This document shows, piece by piece, positions 35,698 through 47,735 of a stretch of 64,000 bases of DNA; the first letter of the stretch is position 1, and the number at the start of each line of letters is the position of its first letter. Origin of the DNA: Macrostomum lignano (Eukaryota); the NCBI GenBank assembly GCA_002269645.1, contig NIVC01001379.1:186001-250000 (forward strand), written 5' to 3'. The notes beneath the pieces were generated by a model that was not told where the DNA came from, made no database searches, and was given only the letters and a program-made list of their open reading frames with translations. Position numbers and translations under genes: made by a program.

Positions 35698-38600
35698 ACT
35701 ACGTATCGCGCCAAATCTGCAGGGTTTTCAGATGTTTTGACGCAAAAAACGCAAATTATACTACTATCTGAAAATGAAGTAAGTAGTATACAAAAACGCT
35801 ATCCTAAGCGTGATATGGCAATATGTAGTCGTAATAATCCATGTGCTCATATATGTACATTAATTCCATGTACATTAATCCCTAAATATCTCAAATTGGA
35901 TATGTACATTAATCCCATGTACATTAATCCCTATCTATCTCAAATTGGATATGTACATTAATTCCATGTACATTAATCCCTATCTCAAATGTCCATGTCT
36001 ATCCCCAATTCTATATGTACACTCACATTAATCTACAGTGTCATCCCCAGACGGCCCGCGCGCGCACCAAAATTACAACTCGAAACCCTACTACATGTAC
36101 AATCTCATCCAAATGAGTCAACATTCAAGTTTTACAAACCACGTTATATACATATTCCTATTTATATGTCAATTATTCAAAACCTACATGTAGCTGATTA
36201 CACTACTACCTTTAGTAGAGTTACAAATCAAGATTCTATTGAAAAAGACTGTATTCATATAGTTTTCACATTGGAAAAGCGTATATTTTCATTTCAATAA
36301 TTGAAAAAGAGAGCAAAAACAGTAAGGAGACAACAGCAAGTTGAGACTTAATTATAGCCTGTACTACCAAACCCTCCTGCACCGCGAATTGAGCGGCTGC
36401 TGGAAGCAACCTCCTCATCGCCATTCCCTCTAGTATATCCTCACCCCTCGAAGCCCCTATACTGAATGTTGAATCACCCTTTAACTCGGACCATAGTCAA
36501 ATTCAACCCTGTTCGAAAACAGCCACCACCCCTCCAGTTTACCAGACACAGCGCGAGCTATAATTTTAACACTCGCCCCTGCTCTCTGTCTGTCCCCCCC
36601 TTCTAAATGCCAAGGAATTTCGACCCTCTCTCCATTTTCAGTGTACAGACAGATCTTTCCTCAGCACAGACCATATATTAAACTTCAAAACCCCTCTCTT
36701 CTCCGATTACGTCATCCATGCCGCCCCAGTTAGCAAGAAACCAACTTTTAATGCACACATCAACCCCCGCGAGCAAATCCGAGTCCGCCAACCTCTACCT
36801 GCATTGACAAACCCCAGCTGCATTTGTAAATGTACACAGCCTATGAATCAGTGTCTCCACCGCATGCAATTCTGATTTACTTGATTCTAAACTTTGTAAA
36901 TTGTATAAGTCACCCTTGCGTTATACTAGAAGTAGTGAAGTCCACATATTTAAATACGTGAGGCTATTCAATTCTGCCTCTCCGCATCCCCTACCTTCTC
37001 ACTTCAAGCTTTCAGACTTGGTCTTTGAGACGGTCGGTTTAATCTGTTAGAAGCAGGAATGAATCATGCACTGACCTCTCCATACAAAGTAAAGTTGGAA
37101 TTTCAGACAAGAAATTTGGTTATTTTAAAAGCTAAATGACTAGAAAAGCACATTTTTTTCATTAAAATGCAGCTTTTACAGTTTTTTTACGATTTTAACC
37201 TTAAAATGCAGACTTTGTTGATCAAAATCAGTAGTTTCATCACTAGAAACCATACTTTCAACAGCTAATTTGTCCAAATGTCGCTTTCAACTTGACCTTA
37301 GACTGCTTTTAAGCAGGAATGAACCCCACACAAACATCCACAAGCCAGCCCAAAATCATCCAAAGACATGGCTATTGAAGCCTAAATTGCTAGAAATGCG
37401 CATTTTTTTCATAAGAAAATACAAATTTTCACAGTTTTTATGCATTTTTTACGTTAAAATGCAGACTTTATTGATCAAAATCAGTAGTTTCATCACTAGA
37501 AACCATACTTTCAGCAACTAATTTGTCCAAATATCGCTTTCAACTTGACCTTAGACAGCTTTTAAGCAGGAATAAACCCCCACGAACATACACAAGCTAG
37601 CCCAAAATCATCCAAAGACGGCTGTTGAAGACTAAATTGCTAGAAATGAGCATTTTTTCATAAGAAAACACAAATTTTCACAGTTTTTACGCATTTTTTT
37701 CGTTAAAATGCAGACTTTATTGATCAAAATCAGTAATTCATCACTAAAAACCACAATTTTAACACAAAATTATCACAAATGCTACTTCTGGAACTCTGAG
37801 ACAGCTTTGAGCAGGAATTATAATCGCACACGGATTACCCGAGCCAGTCCAATATTCCACTGAAGCCAGGGTTTTTTAAAGCTGAATTGTTAGAATTGCT
37901 CATTCTTTCGTTTAATAAATGACAATTTTCACAGTTTTATTATTTTCTAACGTTAAAATGCGAAATGTATTGGTCAAACTTAGTAGTTTCATCCCAAAAA
38001 GCCATAATTTCAACCGCTAATTTGTCCAAATGCTGATTTCAAAGTTGGCAAGAGACAGCTTTCGAGCAGGAATGAGTCACACACTGATCTCCATATGCAC
38101 ACCCGGCCCAAGTTGGAATTCCACCCAAGACATTTTCATTGAAAGCTAAATTACTAGAAATTGCACATTTTCGTTTTTAAAAGGTCAATTTTCACAGTTT
38201 TTACTCTTTTTAACGTTAAAATGCTGACTTTATTGAACAAAATTAATCACTTCATCAGCAGAAACCATAATTTTTACAACTTAATGCTGTTTCATCATTC
38301 AAATGTATGTATTTTGTACGTGTAATACCCCTCAAGAAGTCAGGGAAGGGATTATTCTTGAATATTGGGTTAAAACGTACAGTTTGCTATAAACCTAGCT
38401 ATAATAATTTTAACATATACAGTAGGCGAAGCGGCCCGTTGATTTCGATTGACATTTAAACTGTCCCTCCCAGACCTCTCTCTCTCTCTCCTTCTGCACC
38501 CACCGAGAAAAGTGACTCATGCGGCAATCAGTTTGACAGGTTTAGTATATTACTGAATTGGCAAAACAGCCAACACACAATGTTCATTAGACTCGTCTTC

Positions 38601-41600
38601 ACAGCACAGACCCATGTAGAACAGAACTGAGAGAATGAGGCTGCGTGACCACCCACCCCATTATCCTGTCTTTCCGTTGCATGGCAGCACGTAATTAAAT
38701 GTGTCAAGTGTACAATTGATTCAATCGATTACTCGTTTATACGCAAAGCATCGAGAGAGTTTTTAATTGCATCCAAACTTTCTGACTAATGCATTCGTGT
38801 GTTCCAAAGAAGGAGACACTGATTCATAGGGTGTGTACATTGACAAATGCAATTACAGCACGCAGGGTAGGGTTGGCTTTGGTGGACGCGCGGATTTGCT
38901 TGGTTCGCATTGTTCATATATGCGCATCGAAATTTTTTTCTTGCTAACTGCTTCTATGGGGATGTATAGATGGCGTAATCAGAGATAGGGCTTTGGTTGG
39001 GGGAGGCTGGGTCCGTGCTGTGAAAAGATCTGCTTGCTTCGTCAAAATGTACATTGGGATTGAGAGAGAGGCCGGTCGAATTTCGTTGACAACTAGAAAT
39101 GGAAAGGTTTGGTCAGAGAATAGGGGTGTATGTGTGTTTTGGCTTTATTCAAAATGGTCTGTGCTGCGAAGACGAGTCCATTGACCATTGGGTGTTTACT
39201 GTTTTGCCAATTCAGTATACTGAACCTGTTAAACTGATTGCCTCATGAGTCACTTTTCTGGGGTATGTGTAGGAGAGAGAGGCCTGAGAGAGACAAGGGC
39301 TCGATTTGGGTGGGTCTCTGGCCCCATTCGTATTGGCTAATTTGGCGAATTGGCAAATCTACTTGCATGGGTTAAATTATTGAATATGGTCAGAGTTGAA
39401 GAATTTGGAGGATGAATCAAGATGTAAAGTTGGCAAAAACAACACTGATTCACCACATCTAAAAGATGACTGCTAGGAGCTTCGGAAATAAGACTACTGT
39501 ACACAGCAGCATCAACAAAAGGTATTAAATTGTCAATCAAAATCGACCCGTAGATGTGCTATTTTGCATGGTTCACAGTGTTCATATGTGCATCGAAAAA
39601 TTTTGTTTCTTGCTAACTGCTTCTATGGGGGAGGTGGATGACGTAATCAAGATAGGGTTTTGGTTGGAGGAGGCTCAATATATGAGTCTGTGCTGTGAAA
39701 ATATCTGTTTGTACACTGAAACTGGAGAGGGAGGGTCGGAATTCCTTGACAGTTAGAAATGGTAAGGTCAGAGAGACAGGGACGAGTGGTTCTGTTCTAC
39801 ATGGGTCTGTGCTGTGAAGACGAGTCTAATGAACATTGTGTGTTGGCTGTTTTGCCAATTCAGTAATATACTAAACCTGTCAAACTGATTGCCGCATGAG
39901 TCACTTTTCTCGGTGGGTGCAGAAGGAGAGAGAGAGAGAGGTCTGGGAGGGACAGTTTAAATGTCAATCGAAATCAACGGGCCGCTTCGCCTACTGTATA
40001 TGTTAAAATTATTATAGCTAGGTTTATAGCAAACTGTACGTTTTAACCCAATATTCAAGAATAATCCCTTCCCTGACTTCTTGAGGGGTATTACACGTAC
40101 AAAATACATACATTTGAATGATGAAACAGCATTAAGTTGTAAAAATTATGGTTTCTGCTGATGAAGTGATTAATTTTGTTCAATAAAGTCAGCATTTTAA
40201 CGTTAAAAAGAGTAAAAACTGTGAAAATTGACCTTTTAAAAACGAAAATGTGCAATTTCTAGTAATTTAGCTTTCAATGAAAATGTCTTGGGTGGAATTC
40301 CAACTTGGGCCGGGGTGTGCATATGGAGATCAGTGTGTGACTCATTCCTGCTCGAAAGCTGTCTCTTGCCAACTTTGAAATCAGCATTTGGACAAATTAG
40401 CGGTTGAAATTATGGCTTTTTGGGATGAAACTACTAAGTTTGACCAATACATTTCGCATTTTAACGTTAGAAAATAATAAAACTGTGAAAATTGTCATTT
40501 ATTAAACGAAAGAATGAGCAATTCTAACAATTCAGCTTTAAAAAACCCTGGCTTCAGTGGAATATTGGACTGGCTCGGGTAATCCGTGTGCGATTATAAT
40601 TCCTGCTCAAAGCTGTCTCAGAGTTCCAGAAGTAGCATTTGTGATAATTTTGTGTTAAAATTGTGGTTTTTAGTGATGAATTACTGATTTTGATCAATAA
40701 AGTCTGCATTTTAACGAAAAAAATGCGTAAAAACTGTGAAAATTTGTGTTTTCTTATGAAAAAATGCTCATTTCTAGCAATTTAGTCTTCAACAGCCGTC
40801 TTTGGATGATTTTGGGCTAGCTTGTGTATGTTCGTGGGGGTTTATTCCTGCTTAAAAGCTGTCTAAGGTCAAGTTGAAAGCGATATTTGGACAAATTAGT
40901 TGCTGAAAGTATGGTTTCTAGTGATGAAACTACTGATTTTGATCAATAAAGTCTGCATTTTAACGTAAAAAATGCATAAAAACTGTGAAAATTTGTATTT
41001 TCTTATGAAAAAAATGCGCATTTCTAGCAATTTAGGCTTCAATAGCCATGTCTTTGGATGATTTTGGGCTGGCTTGTGGATGTTTGTGTGGGGTTCATTC
41101 CTGCTTAAAAGCAGTCTAAGGTCAAGTTGAAAGCGACATTTGGACAAATTAGCTGTTGAAAGTATGGTTTCTAGTGATGAAACTACTGATTTTGATCAAC
41201 AAAGTCTGCATTTTAAGGTTAAAATCGTAAAAAAACTGTAAAAGCTGCATTTTAATGAAAAAAATGTGCTTTTCTAGTCATTTAGCTTTTAAAATAACCA
41301 AATTTCTTGTCTGAAATTCCAACTTTACTTTGTATGGAGAGGTCAGTGCATGATTCATTCCTGCTTCTAACAGATTAAACCGACCGTCTCAAAGACCAAG
41401 TCTGAAAGCTTGAAGTGAGAAGGTAGGGGATGCGGAGAGGCAGAATTGAATAGCCTCACGTATTTAAATATGTGGACTTCACTACTTCTAGTATAACGCA
41501 AGGGTGACTTATACAATTTACAAAGTTTAGAATCAAGTAAATCAGAATTGCATGCGGTGGAGACACTGATTCATAGGCTGTGTACATTTACAAATGCAGC

Positions 41601-42732
41601 TGGGGTTTGTCAATGCAGGTAGAGGTTGGCGGACTCGGATTTGCTCGCGGGGGTTGATGTGTGCATTAAAAGTTGGTTTCTTGCTAACTGGGGCGGCATG
41701 GATGACGTAATCGGAGAAGAGAGGGGTTTTGAAGTTTAATATATGGTCTGTGCTGAGGAAAGATCTGTCTGTACACTGAAAATGGAGAGAGGGTCGAAAT
41801 TCCTTGGCATTTAGAAGGGGGGGACAGAGAGAACAGGGGCGAGTGTTAAAATTTAGCTCGATTTGTTATGGGGTCTGCGCTGTGTCTGGTAAACATCGGA
41901 GGGGTGGCTGTTTTCGAACAGGGTTGAATTTGACTATGGTCCGAGTTAAAGGGTGATTCAACATTCAGTATAGGGGCTTCGAGGGGTGAGGATATACTAG
42001 AGGGAATGGCGATGAGGAGGTTGCTTCCAGCAGCCGCTCAATTCGCGGTGCAGGAGGGTTTGGTAGTACAGGCTATAATTAAGTCTCAACTTGCTGTTGT
42101 CTCCTTACTGTTTTTGCTCTCTTTTTCAATTATTGAAATGAAAATATACGCTTTTCCAATGTGAAAACTATATGAATACAGTCTTTTTCAATAGAATCTT
42201 GATTTGTAACTCTACTAAAGGTAGTAGTGTAATCAGCTACATGTAGGTTTTGAATAATTGACATATAAATAGGAATATGTATATAACGTGGTTTGTAAAA
42301 CTTGAATGTTGACTCATTTGGATGAGATTGTACATGTAGTAGGGTTTCGAGTTGTAATTTTGGTGCGCGCGCGGGCCGTCTGGGGATGACACTGTAGATT
42401 AATGTGAGTGTACATATAGAATTGGGGATAGACATGGACATTTGAGATAGGGATTAATGTACATGGAATTAATGTACATATCCAATTTGAGATAGATAGG
42501 GATTAATGTACATGGGATTAATGTACATATCCAATTTGAGATATTTAGGGATTAATGTACATGGAATTAATGTACATATATGAGCACATGGATTATTACG
42601 ACTACATATTGCCATATCACGCTTAGGATAGCGTTTTTGTATACTACTTACTTCATTTTCAGATAGTAGTATAATTTGCGTTTTTTGCGTCTAAACATCT
42701 GAAAACCCTGCAGATTTGGCGCGATACGTAGT
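35698..42732. mobile_element. 7.0-kb non-coding giant-TIR (foldback) element with 6-bp TSD
   Basis: Arms 35698-38627 and 39789-42732 are near-identical inverted copies (identical ORFs 35989..36300/42130..42441 and 37270..37521/40896..41147). Termini ACTACGTATCGCGCC...GGCGCGATACGTAGT; CGCACT directly on both sides. The empty site is preserved in the 14.4-kb paralogous repeat. Confidence 0.9.
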
Positions 42733-43214
42733 CGCACTCACTACTCACATTTCATGTCACGTCTCATATTAAATAAATAAACAGACAGAAACAAACGAGT
42801 TGAATTATAGCTAATGCTCTGAAATACTGGCCCTAAACCTGGCCTTAACCTCTCGGTTAATTATTAAAACGGAATTAGTAAGTTAAGATTGATAAACTAG
42901 GAGATGCAGATGATCAAGGGGGACCGGGGCTGACTATACCCAACGCCAGCCCAGCGCAACAGATAAAGAAATACCTTACAGACGCGACCGACGGGCAGGG
43001 CTGCTTGGCGCGGTGGTCGTCGGTAGTCACGGCGGGCGGTTGCAGTCACGGACGATTAGTCCAGACGAGGCGCGTCGGGAGGTTAAAGCCAAGGGAAGTT
43101 ACAGCTCAGCACGGTGGTTACAGCTCAGCGCCGAAAAGGGTGAAGGGGCTCCAAACGGTTTTTGCAGCTCCAAAGGGTCCGTACAGAAGGGGAAGAGGAA
43201 GGAAGCGGGAAGAG

Positions 43215-43575
43215 GGAAATGCTTGCCCCTTTGAGCTCAAAACAGCTCCCATGGAACGGTAGGCAGTCCAGGCAAGCCCGGCACGCAGAGCACGACGGTC
43301 TTCTGCGTGTTGACCACCAGGCCGACGCTCGCCACAACGCTTAACAGCCGGTCCAGCTGGCGCTATGCTCCCTCGACGGTCAAGAACAGCAGGGCGAGAT
43401 CGTCGGCGTAGCCATGCAAGCACGCTGAGACGCCTCTTCGGTTGGCGTCGACCCACGCGTCGCTACAGCAGGAAGCCGTCGTCTTTAGAAGGGAGATCAT
43501 CACCCAGTCAAGCACCAGAACGAACAGGAACGGCGCAGGCGTGACGACCTGCTGGATCCCGTTTGCCGCTGCAGG
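43215..43575 (-). mobile_element. degenerate non-LTR retrotransposon (RTE-like) reverse transcriptase fragment
   Basis: Translates, with frameshifts and a stop, as GIQQVVTPAPFLFVLVLDWVM...YADDLALL...RQLDRLLSVVASVGLVVNTQKTVVL, then RAGLAWTAYRSM. Confidence 0.85.
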
Positions 43576-46123
43576 TAGACAGCCGCCTGCTCAGACAGCA
43601 CAAAATTTTATATAAAATGAGAAAATTTAGGCAGCCGCAACTTACTATACAGTATTCACTGTTAATAATACCCTCGAACTATACGATATACGCACTGAAC
43701 TATATACGCAAGTAACAATTGATGTAAGAACTCAAAACACAAATTAAAACAATAAAAATCCTGCCTTACATGCGTGCCTCAAAAGCATCAATCGAATTAT
43801 CATATTTTGAATACACCATGTATACGAGCTACTTCGATAGATTACGAGCTGGTATAAAATTGTATCTAGAGCACAAAATATATTCTGTGATCTAGAGCCC
43901 GATGAAACAGTGTTCGATGCCAAAAAAGCAACATAAAATTGACGCAAAACGAAGCAAAAATAATAGATCGACTTATCGAGTCAGTCGAATTAATTAGTAA
44001 AATTTTAAATAGACATACTTTTCAGAAAAAATAACTAGCTATAACAAACGCATAGATTGACAAGTGCTTGACTAAAGTGAAGAGAAACAAAAAAATTGGA
44101 CAAATTATGGCTGTCCAACTTTCGGGAATTTTTTCTCCTTCGGAGCAAATGACTGCATGCATTGTTCACCCCGGACGAAAAGTCAATGCGAATTGATTGT
44201 AACACATGGCGAGTATACATGTACGATTGACTAACTTGAATTAGCTGCGGGGGCTCCGTGCCTCCGGAAACAGCAAGGAGGCGTTGCCGCCCATTTCGCT
44301 AACCCCTGGTGACCACGGGCAGCTGGTGCTGCGGTGTAGCGCAGGGAGTTCCGGTGGTGCCGGTGTCTGCAGCGCGGTCCCCCTCCGGAGAGTCCAGGAG
44401 GTGGATTGTCGCTCGCCCGGTAGCCCTTAGGTAGCGGACGAGCTGGCAGAGATTCTCGGGCCTGAAAACGTCGGAGAGGTCCGGGTTTGGGCCGTGGTAG
44501 GTGAGCCTGACCTGAGTAAAGGCGGGCATTCACAGATAAAGTGCTCCGCATTCTCGACACCGGAGAGGCAGAATGGGCAATCCTCGCTGCGCATTTTTCC
44601 CTGGAGGTGACGATGCCTGGCAAAACAGCCATGACCCGAGAGGGCCATGGTCACCGCCCTGATGTCCCTGCGGTTGAGTCCAAGCAGGGCCCTGCGCAGG
44701 GCGGAGGAAGCTAGACAGGGGGCAGCCGCGCGCCCCAGTGAAAAAAATGATATGGATTCCATGTGGATTTTTCATATGAAATCCATATGTGCATTTGTCT
44801 CCGTCCATCCATGTGGAATCAAGATATGGATTCCACATGGAAGATCCATATGGAAGTAATTATGTATTTCACATAGAATCCACATTGTCATTGAATAAGC
44901 AGCCATTATACTGGTTGCCATAATAAATTGTTGCATCCTAAATCTCAAAATAATACCAGATCTCAAAATTTCATACGAACCCCAGATCTCAATACCATAT
45001 AAAAGAAACTGAAACACAGATAAAACACTAGCTATAGCCAAAAATATTTCTGCACAAAAATTCAAAATTCAAAATTCAATATTCAAAAACGATGTAAGGT
45101 GTATTTATGTACAGTAGTGAGTCACTGGCACACAAAGAATAAACACACTGATGTAAATATTGATATCTTTAGAGTTGCACTGCGCATATGATATAATATA
45201 TAATTTGAAATTGACATTGTCAATAGCATTAATTAACAATAATATAATGCATCAGAATTAGAACAGTCAGAAACATGCTGCTGCCAATTGCCAGAATGCT
45301 GCTTCTTCAGGTCAGGTGAGCAACCTTAGAAAAGAAAGGGGTTAAATTACAGAATTTTATAACAGATTGATGACAGATTTTGTAATAGATTTTGATAGAT
45401 TTTGATGACAGAAAAAAATAAGTTTATAACTAAAACTTACCATTGCTTCACAAAAGGTAGCATTTGAGATATTAAATTCAAATTCCAAGTAGCTTTGCAA
45501 GCTTCTTCAAATGCAAGACCAAGGTGACATCCAAGTTTGAGGATGGGTCATGTAATGTTAGGCTGAAATGAAATAGAAAAATAATTGTTGCCAATTAAGA
45601 TTGATAAATAATATTTATATAATTCATAAAACTAATTTAATGATGAATACTTATAAAATAAAATAAAGTTTATTTTAAAATTAACTAGGCCTAAGTCCTA
45701 GGTTTATTTTTTAAGCGCAAAGTGTGCATATGCACCCTAAATTTAAAAATTGCACCTTGAAAATTGAAATTAAAAAGTTGATGATACAGTTTAGGTGTGA
45801 TCTCATTACCTATTTTTCTGTTGAAGCCTTTTTTGCACTGCCTTTATATAAGAAAAAAGAGAAACTGCATTTTAAGCCTTAAAATTATAAAACCCTAAAA
45901 GTGAGCATAGGGTATGATTTTGCACCTTGTCTCTAGCAAAAAAGAAAACCCTACCCAAGTCAATCAATAAAATTAAATTAATAAAATTAAAATAATAAGT
46001 ACAAAAAATTAATATATGTTTCTATAAATTTAATTTTTTATTTTAAAATTGATTTTAGACTATAAAGTATTTAGGCAAAGCAATGCATGTTTTTTTATAT
46101 TTGCGGGCCTATTATGATTAAAA

Positions 46124-46483
46124 GGGGGGCTGTAGCCAAGCGGTAGCACAGCTGCTCTGGTGTGCCAGCGACCTAGGCTCGATTCTAAGTGCAGTCACAT
46201 TAATTTGGGGCTGAATTGGAATCTTGGCTTGGCTCTCTGCTTGTGCAATTAATGGCCTTGAGAGCCAACCCCCAAGGCACAGTGAAGTATACATGCCTAA
46301 CAATAAATAAAGTTAGGGCCACTGTACACTCCTATGTAAATGTGCCTGCATACGTATCCGCACGCTTGTGTGCCTGCTCAAGGGAGTTAATGGAATGGGC
46401 AGCAATGCCTCTCGCCAGTTGTATGCCTATGTCGCTTAACGTGTGCCAGGGTGCACACAACCCCCTGCCTCTAATAAAAAAAA
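46124..46483 (+). mobile_element. full-length SINE family 1
   Basis: A-box TAGCCAAGCGG, B-box GGCTCGATTC, AATAAA/A tail, TSD ta(t/g)tatgattaaa. Confidence 0.85.
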
Positions 46484-47037
46484 TAGTATGATTAAACATT
46501 AGGCCTAATCTTAAAAGCTATGCCCTATAGCTATTAAATTCTAGACTTGGCCTAAATCAGATCAAATTTACAATAATCATTATTTATTTATAATAGCAAC
46601 CTTAGGGATCTGCTAGGCTAGCTATGCCAAAAGCAGGTTGCAAGTGTAATTGCAAAGAATTATTTATAATGATTAATAATATTGTTTTTAAAAATGCAAC
46701 AAGTCTAAAAGACGCTAACAGGCTTTTTTGAAGAAAATCATAAATGAATAGAGTTTTAACAGATTAACTAGATTGACTAGTCACAATTCACAAAGTCAAG
46801 CTAGTCTTAACCTTAATTAAAATAGAAGGACCTAAATTGATAGTTATAGGCCTAGGCCTAGCTTAAAATAGGCCTAATAAGCATACATAAATAGATAAGA
46901 CTAATAGGTAGGACTAAGAGGAAATTATGAACTTCTAAAGGACTATTTAAGTTTAAAAAATGAGTAGCCAATCTATGGACATGGCCATGGGATTCCTAGA
47001 AATTGGATAAGCCTAAATAAATTTATCATGGATGGAT

Positions 47038-47735
47038 CAAGGACGACTTAAGTAGAAGGACGGGAAACCTCGTTTCTTAGAAAAGTTTTGAAGGCACTTT
47101 TTCCCGTAAAAATACACTACGGAGATAGGAAGTTTTCATTTTTTCAGCACAAAAATTGTTATTGCGTTTGATAGGAGGCAGATCCAGTGTTCATCTTTTG
47201 ATATGTTCTGCCTTTTTTATTGCTCTATCGATATTTATAAAGCTTTTCGTTCAGAAAATTAGGATTCTATGTTAATTTTTTATTCTACGTATATTTCCTG
47301 TATCTAAAAATCACAAAAATGCATGACACAGCTCCAATATTTGGTTTTATGAGCCTATTTTATCATCTCTGTTACAAATATTTGCTACACAGTCGGGTAA
47401 GAATGATAAAAAAGACTCATGAAGCCAAAGAGCCGAGCCGTGGCATTCTAATGTATTTCAAGCACAAGACACGCGAAAATATACGTAGAATAAAAAATTA
47501 ACATAGAATCCCAATTTTCTGAACGAAAAGCTTTATAAATATCGATAGAGCAATAAAAAAGGCACAACATATCAAAAGATGAACACTGGATCCGCCTCCC
47601 ATCAAACGCAATAACAATTCTTGTGCTGAAAAAATGAAAACTTCCTATCTCCGTAGTGTATTTTTACGGGAAAAAGTGCCTTCAAAACTTTTCTAAGAAA
47701 CGAGGTTTCCCGTCCTTCTACTTAAGTCGTCCTTG
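47038..47735. mobile_element. MITE with ~260-bp TIRs and 8-bp TSD (P-element- or hAT-like)
   Basis: GGATGGAT|caaggacgacttaagtagaaggacggg ... cccgtccttctacttaagtcgtccttg|GGATGGAT. Confidence 0.9.

Noticed and set aside
35989-37521. Duplicated ORFs (103 aa, 83 aa) in the palindrome arms as element-encoded proteins
   Set aside because: Short, AT-rich, non-ATG starts, no motifs; identical only because the arms are identical.
35698-42732. Giant palindrome as a pure assembly or hairpin-read artefact
   Set aside because: It has a unique 1.16-kb spacer, small differences between arms (a ~16-bp indel near 36555/41865 and a substitution near 35738/42693) and an exact TSD confirmed by an empty paralogous site; read-level confirmation is still advised.
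45275-45570. Possible plus-strand exons (MLLPIARMLLLQV; SFASFFKCKTK)
   Set aside because: They lie inside the EnSpm-like element, are short, and have no homology support.
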